51,045 nt of DNA from Macrostomum lignano (lineage: Eukaryota), in contig NIVC01003370.1 of the NCBI GenBank assembly GCA_002269645.1, positions 1 through 51,045 of the forward strand, read 5' to 3'. Below, in pieces: positions 12,118 to 23,100 of the stretch. The notes below the pieces were generated by a model. The model was not told the DNA's origin. It was given only the letters and a program-made list of their open reading frames with translations, and ran no database searches. Positions within the stretch are counted from its first letter, which is position 1. Every line of letters starts with the position of its first letter. Position numbers and translations under genes: made by a program.

Positions 12118-13467
12118 TCAGCTACACTGCACGGAATCAGACAGCAACCTGCGCAGCAAAATGTTGCGACAGATCAAATAGTCCAATAGGGAGTTCCAGT
12201 CAACACTGGATCGCTCTCTGCTGCCGCTTCCTCCCATCTTGCTGTAGTCATGACGGAATTGCCCGCAGCGGCAGGTCTTCACCGAGTGCTCGCTGACGCA
12301 CTGGCCTGTCAGGGAGTGCGGGCAGCGGGACTGGCGGTGGCAGTGCAGGTCGTTGGAGCACTCGGTGCACAGGCAAACTCCTCGGGTTGATAGACCGTGC
12401 GGCTGGTAGCACTTGGGCAGCAGCTCCGTCTCTTGCCTGCCAGGGTGGTCAGAGCGGGTCTTTTGACGCTTTGCATTAATAGCGCGGCTTCTTGTTGTTG
12501 CTGTCACCACGGTGGTCTCGTGTGCCTGGAGCCTTATTAACCCCCACCCCTCCTCTCCCGCTGTGTTCTTGTGTGCCTGGGGCCTTAACCCCCACCCCTC
12601 CTTTCCCGCTGTGTTCTTGTGTGCCTGGGGCCTTATTAACCCCCACCCCTCCCCTCCCGCTGTTTTCTTGTGTGCCTGGGGCCTTATTAACCCCACCCCT
12701 CCCCTCCCGCTGTGTTCTTGTGTGCCTGGGCCTTATTAACCCCCACCCCTCCCGCTGTTTTCTTGTGTGCCTGGGGCCTTATTAACCCCCACCCCTCCCC
12801 TCCCGCTGTGTTCTTGTGTGCCTGGGGCCTTATTAACCCCCACCCCTCCCCTCCCGCTGTGTTCTTGTGTGCCTGGGGCCTTATTAAGCCCCACCTTTCC
12901 CCTCCCGCTGTTTTCTTGTGTGCCTGGGGCCTTATTAACCCCCACCCCTTCCCTCCCGCTGTGTTCTTGTGTGCCTGGGGCCTTATTAAGCCCCACCCCT
13001 CCCCTCCCGCTGTTTTCTTGTGTGCCTGGGACCTTAACCCCCACCCCTCCCCTCCCGCTGTTTTCTTGTGTGCCTGGGGCCGTAACCCCCACCCCTCCTC
13101 TCCCGATGTGTTCTTGTGTGCTTGGGGTCTCAAACACAAGCAATAAAAATATCCAGCCCAGCACTCACTTGGCCTCGCTGTCCCCAATGTACTGGTCGTG
13201 GCTGCAGCCGCCGTGCATAGCCAGACAGTCCAAGTTAGTGCTGCATAAGTGCACGGCATGGTGCTTGTAGGGATCCGGGTTGGCTTCCATCGCCTGCAGC
13301 TGGGCCGCATTGGCCTGGGTCTCAAGCTCCTCTTGGCTATCTTCGCTGGCGCCGCTCTGCTGATTCTTAGTCGTCGCTAAATCGACGGCCGAACCAAATG
13401 CGACCAGAAGCTGCAGCACAATGGACAAAGACCCCAGCATGACAAGCAGATTTCCGAACCCGTGCAT
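12118..13467 (-). CDS. Secreted Cys-rich protein, ~223 aa, 2 exons
   Basis: Exon 1 13467-13169 (AA|gtgagt) has signal peptide MHGFGNLLVMLGSLSIVLQLLVAFGSA, an acidic propiece and CSTNLDC. Exon 2 ~12490-12118 has a KR site and CYQ...CLCTECSNDLHCHRQSRCPHSLTGQCVSEHSVKTCRC. The acceptor lacks a good pyrimidine tract, so its position is uncertain. Confidence 0.6.
12518..13125. repeat. ~51-bp intronic minisatellite, ~12 copies
   Basis: Unit CTTGTGTGCCTGGGGCCTTATTAACCCCCACCCCTCCCCTCCCGCTGTGTT, with 48-bp variants. Confidence 0.95.
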
Positions 13468-14134
13468 GTCTCCGATAATATTTTTCGACCACTCTGAATA
13501 AAGTTTTTGATGATTGCCTACTTGGAACAGCAGATCCATCAGCTCCATTGTAAATTCAATCATTTGGTTGCGGCCATAGAGTCCCGTTCGACAAGCATTG
13601 AATTCCAGTCGAAGCCGGGGTGCACTAAGACTGGCATCTGGATCCGTATTTTACATGGATTGCTAGCCAGATGGAAGCTTTGAAAGAATTTACACAAAGA
13701 ATTCAGACTATTCAAATCAATATGCGAGCTGAAACGTATAGAAAAATATAAAATCTGAAATCAGAAAGAATTAGCCTGAGCTTTCACTTTGACTCTCGCC
13801 TTTCTGCCCAGTTTCGTTAAGAAAAAGATAAGCTGCTGCTCGACCCATAACATTTTTTCATTATCAAAAACTTTACTGCTCAAGGGAAACTCTGCTTAGA
13901 AAATGAAAAAAGCCTGACATGAAGGTGCTCTGCTGGTGTGCCGCCTGATCTCAATCGAAACTATTGAGCTGCTGCCACTGGCGCCTTATCTAAGCTCTGA
14001 GCGATAGCGACTCAAAGGAGCGCGGAGAATAAAAGTGCTCAGCTCTGCTCTGTTCCTAAGCGCACTTCGATCCAGCAGGCATTGTCGCCGAGCTCAACTC
14101 AAACTCTTCTCTTGGCCCCCAAACAGTTGCTCCA

Positions 14135-17100
14135 ATGGCTGCCGATCCAGAGTCCATCAACATGGAGATGTACGCGGAGCCCGAGAACAGCTCAGACACA
14201 GCCCGGATCTGGGAGCGGGTCCGGCAGCAACTCAACCCGGCCAGGCACTCCATCGCTGAGAACATCCTGGCTGGCATTGTCGTTCTGCTGCTGGTTGTGG
14301 TCATCGCCCTGGCTGCCACCCACGGCGGTGGTGCTGGCGGCGGCGGTGGGGTTGACACTGCGTGCCAAACTGAGGCCTGCCTGTACCGCTCCGGCTACCT
14401 GGTGAGGGATCCATTGCTCAGTCAGATTCCCCACCAATTCCCCACCGATTCCCAACCGATCCCCCTCCGATTCCCCACCGATTCCCCACCAATTCCTCAC
14501 CGATTCCTTACCGATTCCCCATCGATTCCCCACCGATTCCCCACCGATTCCCCACCGATTCCCCACCGATTCCTTACCGATTCCCCACCGATTCCCCACC
14601 GATTCCCCACCGATTCCCAACCGATTCCTTACCGATTCCCCACCGATTCCCCACCGATTCCTTACCGATTCCCCACCGATTCCCCACCGATTCCCCACCG
14701 ATTCCCAACCGATTCCCCACCGATTCCCCACCGATTCCTTACCGATTCCCCACCGATTCCCACCGATTCCTTACCGATTCCCCACCGATTCCCCACCGAT
14801 TCCCAACCGATTCCCAACCGATTCCCAACCGATTCCCCACCGATTCCCCACCGATTCCCCACCGATTCCCCACCGATTCCCAACCGATTCCCCACCGATT
14901 CCCCACCGATTCCTTACCGATTCCCCACCGATTCCCCACCGATTCCTTACCGATTCCCCACCGATTCCCCACCGATTCCCCACCGATTCCCAACCGATTC
15001 CTTACCGATTCCCCACCGATTCCCCACCGATTCCCCACCGATTCCCCACCGATTCCCAACCGATTCCCCACCGATTCCCCACCGATTCCTTACCGATTCC
15101 CCACCGATTCCCCACCGATTCCTTACCGATTCCCCACCGATTCCCCACCGATTCCCCACCGATTCCCAACCGATTCCTTACCGATTCCCCACCGATTCCC
15201 CACCGATTCCTTACCGATTCCCCACCGATTCCCCACCGATTCCCCACCGATTCCCAACCGATTCCCCACCGATTCCCCACCGATTCCTTACCGATTCCCC
15301 ACCGATTCCCCACCGATTCCTTACCGATTCCCCACCGATTCCCCACCGATTCCCAACCGATTCCCAACCGATTCCCAACCGATTCCCCACCGATTCCCCA
15401 CCGATTCCCCACCGATTCCCCACCGATTCCCAACCGATTCCCCACCGATTCCCCACCGATTCCTTACCGATTCCCCACCGATTCCCCACCGATTCCTTAC
15501 CGATTCCCCACCGATTCCCCACCGATTCCCAACCGATTCCCAACCGATTCCCAACCGATTCCTTACCGATTCCGTACCGATTCCCCACCGATTCCCCACC
15601 GATTCCTTACCGATTCCCCACCGATTCCCCACCGATTCCCAACCGATTCCCAACCGATTCCCAACCGATTCCTTACCGATTCCGTACCGATTTCTAACTG
15701 ATTTCCCACCGATTCCCCACCGATTCCCCACTGATTACCCACCGATTCCCAACCGATTCCCAACCGATTCCCAACCGATTCCTTACCGATTCCGTACCGA
15801 TTTCTAACTGATTTCCCACCGATTCCCCACCGATTCCCTACCGATTCCCCACCGATTCCCCACCGATTCCCCACTGATTACCCACTGATTCCCTCGGTTG
15901 GAATCACAGCTCGCAGTCTCCCTGTACTTCTAAACTTCAAGCCACCATTTCTCCCCAGGTGAGTTTCCTCAACCGCTCGGCCAGCCCGTGCGATAATTTC
16001 TACGCTTTCGCCTGCGGCGCCGCCGAGCAGGTGATGCCGATAAACCCGGCTTACCGCGAGCGGACGGTCAGCGGCGAGCTGATCAGGCAGAACGCCGACA
16101 AGCTCGAGGCCGCCCTCCGTTCGCCGATCGTTCGCAACTCGGCGGACTCCTACGAACGAAAGTTGAAAACAATTTTCGGCACCTGCATTGACGACTTTCG
16201 AATCGAACGGGTGCGCGGCGCCCTGTTCGCCGACCTGCTGCGGCGTCAGTTCTACGTGATGAACGGCTCGGTGGTCGGCCAGTTCGACCTGGACCGCGAG
16301 CTGCTCTCCGCCGTGAAAACCTTCGGAGCTTCGGCCTTCTTCGAGTACCGGGTGGAGCCGAACCCGCTGGACGGAGGCCGGTACACGATTTCGGTGAGGG
16401 TGTTGCCTGTCCTGAAGCTCAGGTCCTGAAGCTCAAGGTGCTCTGCTCTGAGTGCGGCAAGTAAACTTATTTCGCCCTTATTTCCAGATTTACAACGGCG
16501 GGATCGGCATGCTGCCTGCCATGTACCTGTTCGACTTTGTGAGTACTGGACGCAGCTGTCTGTGCACTGGTGCGCGATTGAAGAAAGGACACAGGGAAAT
16601 GGCTGTACATGTGGAGCAGAGATCACTTGGGATGTAAGCGGATACTGGGGTAGACAGGGTCAGAGAGTACACTGGGTCAGAGAGTACATAGGGTCAGAGA
16701 GTACATAGGGTCAGAGAGTACACAGGGTCAGAGAGTACACAGGGTCAGAGAGTACACAGGGTCAGAGAGTACACAGGGTCAGAGAGTACACAGGGTCAGA
16801 GAGTACACAGGGTCAGAGAGTGCACAGGGTCAGAGAGTACACAGGGTCAGAGAGTACACAGGGTCAGAGAGTACACAGGGTCAGAGAGTACACAGGGTCA
16901 GAGAGTACACAGGGTCAGAGAGTACACAGGGTCAGAGAGTACACAGGGTCAGAGAGTGCACAGGGTCAGAGAGTACACAGGGTCAGAGAGTACACAGGGT
17001 CAGAGAGTACACAGGGTCAGAGAGTACACAGGGTCAGAGAGTACACAGGGTCAGAGAGTACACAGGGTCAGAGAGTACACAGGGTCAGAGAGTACACAGG

Positions 17101-20100
17101 GTCAGAGAGTACACAGGGTCAGAGAGTACACAGGGTCAGAGAGTACTTTATTTCCAGTACCACAGGCAGCGCGAGTCCTACAAGGAGTACATGAGAGTAA
17201 CAGCGAAACTCCTGGTTGCCGACGCCGAGCCCGGCACGGTCGATAATCCGAACGGCGTCACGGCGCGCATCGAGAATTTCGTGCTCGACGTCATGGAGAT
17301 CGAGACGGCCCTCGCCAATGTGAGCTCTGTGGAAGAATTCACCTAGCAGGGAAATATGGTTGGGGAGAATTCTCCCAATTACCAAAGCACTGTCCCACTG
17401 TCAATACCAACAGTTCAGCAGGAACGCCGCTGGACCGGACCCCGACAAGCCGCCGCTGGCTCCTGGCAACCAAATCAGCCTGACTGAGATGGACTCGAGC
17501 TACCAGCCAATCAGGTGGTCCGCGCTGTTCAGCGGCACCCTTGAGTCCGGGGTGCAGGGCTCCACCAGAGTGGCAGTGCAGACGGCTGACTACCTGAGGC
17601 GGGCGATGACCTACGTTGGGGAGACCATCAGGTTGCTGCACCCAGTCGATTATAACAGGCAGGTGGATTCCCGTTGAGACCGAGGTCGCTTTGCTAGACA
17701 GGGAGTCCCTCTTGTTAGAGGCAGGAGTCACGTTTTACGAGCTATAAACATATTTACCCGCTACAGACACAGGATTTACCCGCTACAGACACCGGATTTA
17801 CCCGCTACAGACACCGGATTTACCCGCTACAGACACAGGATTTACCCGCTACAGACACAGGATTTACCCGCTACAGACACAGGATTTACCCGCTACAGAC
17901 ACAGGATTTACCCGCTACAGACACCGGATTTACCCGCTACAGACACATGATTTACCCGCTACAGACACCGGATTTACCCGTACAGACACAGAATTTACCC
18001 GCTACAGACACATGATTTACCCGTACAGACACAGGATTTACCCGCTACAGACACAGGATTTACCCGTACAGACACCGGATTTACCCGCTACAGACACAGG
18101 ATTTACCCGCTACAGACACCGGATTTACCCGTACAGACACAGGATTTACCCGCTACAGACACCGGATTTACCCGTACAGACACCGGATTTACCCGTACAG
18201 ACACATGATTTACCCGTACAGACACAGGGTTTACCTGTCACCGTCAGCTAATGCCACACCCATGCTCCCTCGCACAGGAGGCTGTCCAACTACCTGAATT
18301 GGCAGGTGATCCGCAATTACAGCGGTGACTTATCGAGCGCCTACGTTCACGCCAAGCGCGAGTTTGAGTCCAGCCTGTCCAGCAGCAGCTACATCTACCA
18401 GAGCAGGCTGGACTATTGCTTGGACCGCACCAAGAACTTCATGTTGCTGGGGCTCAACAGCCTCTTCGTTGCGGACCACCTGGTGGACTCCAGCAAGCAG
18501 GCTGTGGGTCGGGACTTGTTTTTGTTCTGTAAAGCTCGCCCCAGGCTCTCTCTGATATCTGATTATCATTCTTCTACCGGTAGATGGGAACTAATGAGCT
18601 CCAATCAGTACGAAACTGGTCCTAATTAAGCAAAATTCGGTTTTGTCAAATTTTTCCCGCGTAAGAGTAAATCGCTTATTGCGATGAATATCGGACATGA
18701 ATCCTGCACCGGCTGCACTTGTACCCGGTTGAGCTCGGGCCTCAAGAGCCTCCGATTGGGCAGTGACCTCTGCCCTGCTCCCCTCTCTCCCTCTCCGTCT
18801 CTCCGCCTCTCTCCATCTCTCTCCCTCTCCGCCTCTCTCCCTCTCTCTCCCTCTCCGTCTCTCCGCCTCTCTCCTCTCTTCATCTCTCTCCCTCTCCGTC
18901 TCTCCGTCTCTCCGCCTCTCTCCATCTCTCTCCCTCTCCGCCTCTCCGTCTCTCTCCCTCTCTCTCCATCTCTCTCCCTCTCCGCCTCTCTCCCTCTCTC
19001 TCCCTCTCCGTCTCTCCGCCTCTCTCCTTCTCTCTTCATCTCTCTCCCTCTCCGTCTCTCTCCCTCTCCGTCTCTCTCCCTCTCCGACTCTTCGCCTCTC
19101 TCCTTCTCTCTCCCTCTCCGTCTCTCCGCCTCTCTCCTCTCTTCATCTCTCTCCCTCTCCGTCTCTCCGTCTCTCTCCCTCTCTCTTCATCTCTCTCCCT
19201 CTCCATCTCTCTCCCTCTCCGTCTCTCCGTCTCTCTCCCTCTCTCTTCATCTCTCTCCCTCTCCATCTCTCTCCCTCTCCGTCTCTCCGCCTCTCTCCTC
19301 TCTTCATCTCTCTCCCTCTCCGTCTCTCCGTCTCTCCGCCTCTCTCCATCTCTCTCCCTCTCCGCCTCTCCGTCTCTCTCCCTCTCTCTCCATCTCTCTC
19401 CCTCTCCGCCTCTCTCCCTCTCCGACTCTCCGCCTCTCTCCTTCTCTCTCCCTCTCCGTCTCTCTCCCTCTCCGACTCTTCGCCTCTCTCCTTCTCTCTC
19501 CCTCTCCGTCTCTCCGCCTCTCTCCTCTCTTCATCTCTCTCCCTCTCCGTCTCTCCGTCTCTCTCCCTCTCTCTTCATCTCTCTCCCTCTCCATCTCTCT
19601 CCCTCTCCGTCTCTCCGTCTCTCTCCCTCTCTCTTCATCTCTCTCCCTCTCCATCTCTCTCCCTCTCCGCCTCTCTCCCTCTCTCTCCCTCTCCGTCTCT
19701 CCGCCTCTCTCCTTCTCTCTTCATCTCTCTCCCTCTCCGTCTCTCTCCCTCTCCGACTCTCCGCCTCTCTCCTTCTCTCTCCCTCTCCGTCTCTCTCCAT
19801 CTCTCTTCATCTATCTCCCTCTCCATCTCTCTCCCTCTCCGCCTCTCTCCGACTCTCCGCCTCTCTCTTCATCTCTCTCCCTCTCCGACTTTCCGCCTCT
19901 CTTCATCTCTCTCCCTCTCCGCCTCTCTCCTTCTCTCTCCCTCTCCCTCTCCGCCTCTCTTCATCTCTCTCCCTCTCCGCCTCTCTCCTTCTCTCTCCCT
20001 CTCCCTCTCCGCCTCTCTTCATCTATCTCCCTCTCCATCTCTCTCCCTCTCCGCCTCTCTCCCTCTCTCTCCCTCTCCGTCTCTCTCCCTCTCTCTTCAT

Positions 20101-23100
20101 CTCTCTCCCTCTCCGACTCTCCGCCTCTCTTCATCTCTCTCCCTCTCCGCCTCTCTCCTTCTCTCTCCCTCTCTCTCCGTCTCTTCGCTTCTCTCCCTCT
20201 AGAATCTGAAATCAGATTTGCCCATGAGCCTTGGGGCCAGCAGACTCCAAGCAGTCATTCCGGGTGCTGACTCTAGCAAAACCCTTTCGCAGGTGGACAG
20301 TCTGTACAAAACTCTCCAGTCTGAGTTCGTCAGCGGCATTGAAAGGCTCGACTGGATTGGGTCCACCGAACGAGCCAAGATGAGGATGAAAATTCAGGCT
20401 GTGGTGGACAAGATCGGCTACTCACCGACTGAGATCCGGGATGAGTTTCTGGACGAGTACTACAAAGATGTGAGCGTAAATTATGATGCTGAAGGTTCGA
20501 TTTAGTACTCTTAGATTAATGTGTCACTCCAGATTGGAATGTGTCACTCTAGATTGAAATGTGTCACTCTAGATTGGAATGTGTCACTCTAGATTAGAAT
20601 GTGTCACTCTAGATTAGAATGTGTCACTCTATAGATTAGAATGTGTCACTCTATATAAAAATTAGCTCTAAACTCTCGCACTGTCACGCACCCCGCCCGC
20701 ACAGCTCACTGTTGACCCGGACTACCCCATGATGGACATCTCAATCAGCTGGCAGAACTTCAAGCGCCTGAAGCAGGGCTCCCTGCTGGGCACCGTACAG
20801 CAGGCCACCGCTTGGAGCGGCGCCACCTTCGACGTGGCGCTGTCCATGACTTCCACAGCGCAGCTGACAGTTCCTGCCGGCATTCTGCAGTGGCCATTCT
20901 TCTCCCCTCAGCTGCCGGGCTACATCAATTTCGCCACCATCGGGCAGCGCATGGCAGCTGAGCTGATCAAGGCTGTGGATGCCACTGGTGACTGCAGAGC
21001 TGCTGCAGCTGCTGGACATGGGATTCCGATGGGATTCCAGTGGGATTCCGATGGGGCTCCAGTGGGATTCCGATGGGACTCCAGTGGGATTCCGATGGGA
21101 CTCCAGTGGGATTCCGATGGGACTCCAGTGGGATTCCGATGGGACTCCAGTGGGATTCCGATGGGACTCCAGTGGGATTCTAATTGGACTCCAGTGGGAT
21201 TCTACGGGACTCCTATTGTAGCATTCTATTGGCCTAAAATTTGCCTTGTGCTTGTGAGATTATATTTGAGTCCAGTTAGGTACCGGCCGATTGAACAGGG
21301 GATGTTCTGACAAATTCGAATCCCAACCTCTTCCTTCAAGGCCAGCTCACGGACCAGCAGGGAAACTCAAATCCCATGTGGTCGGAGCGGACAAGGCAGA
21401 GCTATGTGGCGAAGGCGCAGTGCGTCAACTTCACCTACTGGGACTTGACGGCAGGGCCGTATTGGGTTGGAAACAGAAGTTACTATGTGAGTGATTCTGT
21501 GGGGCAGGGCTGCTGGCTGAGTGATTCTGTGGGGCAGGGCTGCTGGCTGAGGGATTCTGTGGGGCAGGGCTGCTGGCTGAGTGATTCTGTGGGGCAGGGC
21601 TGCTGGCTGAGTGATTCTGTGGGGCAGGGCTGCCGGCTGAGTGATTCTGTGGGGCAGGGCTGCCGGCTGAGGGATTCTGTGGGGCAGGGCTGCTGGCTGA
21701 GGGATTCTGTGGGGCAGGGCTGCTGGCTGAGTGATTCTGTGGGGCAGGGCTGCTGGCTGAGGGATTCTGCGGGGCAGGACTGCTGGCTGAGTGATTGAGC
21801 TGGGGCAAGCGGTGTGAAATCCCATACTGATTAAGTGATAATTACCATCCCGCACTCAGGTGGACATCAACCCGATAATCTCGAGAACTCTGCGCACGGC
21901 AGTTGCTGAGACGGATGCGCTCCGGCTGGTGTCGAAGGCTTACGCCGGTTTCGAGGGGGGTGGGTCAGAACTCCCGCTGCCGCTTGGCCATCTCAACAAA
22001 ATGCAGTCTTTGTTCACTGCCTGGGCACAGGTGAGGCCGAGGGTCAAAAACGGGTACCAAAATGGCGGGTGTGGAGAAGGCACAGGTGAAGAGAGGGCAC
22101 AGGTGAAGAGGGCACAGGTGAAGAGGGCACAGGTGAAGAGAGGGCACAGGTGAAGAGAGGGCACAGGTGAAGAGAGGGCACAGGTGAAGAGAGGGCACAG
22201 GTAAAGTAAGGGCACAGGTGAAGAGAGGGCACAGGTGAAGAGGGCACAGGTGAAGAGAGGGCACAGGTGAAGAGAGGGCACAGGTGAAGAGAGGGCACAG
22301 GTGAAGAGAGGGCACAGGTGAAGAGGGCACAGGTGAAGAGAGGGCACAAGTGAAGAGAGGGCACAGGTGAAGAGAGGGCACAGGTGAAGAGAGGGCACAG
22401 GTGAAGAGGGCACAGGTGAAGAGAGGGCACAGGTGAAGAGAGGGCACAGGTAAAGTAAGGGCACAGGTGAAGAGAGGGCACAGGTGAAGAGGGCACAGGT
22501 GAAGAGAGGGCACAGGTGAAGAGAGGGCACAGGTGAAGAGAGGGCACAGGTAAAGTAAGGGCACAGGTGAAGAGAGGGCACAGGTGTAGACTAAGGCAGA
22601 GAGATACGACTGAGAGTTGACGAAGCCTCTTGGCGTTTATTAGATCGATACGCAGGTTAAATACGATACAACGATTGTTACATAACTGGGTATAAAAGAT
22701 AGAGACAGGGGTGGGTGAAAAGCACGTACATGCTGTACAATAGCAACCCCCACCCCGCTCTAGCGACTGGCGCATACAAGTACACTTGCAACTCACTACA
22801 ATCCTCCCCGGCGAAAAAGATCAATAACATTCGAACGAATAATTCGAAGGAAACATAAGAACAGTAAAACATTTGAAACAATATTGGTATAAAGAATTTC
22901 TCGCTTTCAAATAATTTCCAACAGTCAGTAGAACAGTCACTGAGTCAATCAAAAATTCAACCGGCCACATAGCGATCCACCGGCATCCGCCTACGCACCG
23001 GGTAGCGTCTCGGGGGCGGCTCCTCGTCCGCCTCATCGCCGCCGTGCGCCGCGTGCGCAAAGGGCGGCTGCAGGAAGCACTCTCCGTCAGGGACTGGCAG

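Noticed and set aside
12118-13325. Coding read-through of the 51-bp array (GLIRPQAHKNTAGGEGW)n
   Set aside because: The exon 1 frame stops at 13165 just after a GTGAGT donor, and the array changes frame internally; treated as intron.
14402-15697. [11 protein letters not shown] repeat tail of the 520-aa ORF as a mucin-like stalk
   Set aside because: A clean donor at 14402 and phase-matched acceptor at 15958 restore the M13 CxxxxC...PCDNFY pattern without it.
18626-20270. Long L/S/P-rich and E/R/G-rich ORFs (also 37007-38679)
   Set aside because: Translations of CT/GA low-complexity tracts.
21940-22796. Minus-strand ([17 protein letters not shown])n ORFs (also 27030-27668)
   Set aside because: Products of the 18-bp array plus LTR sequence.
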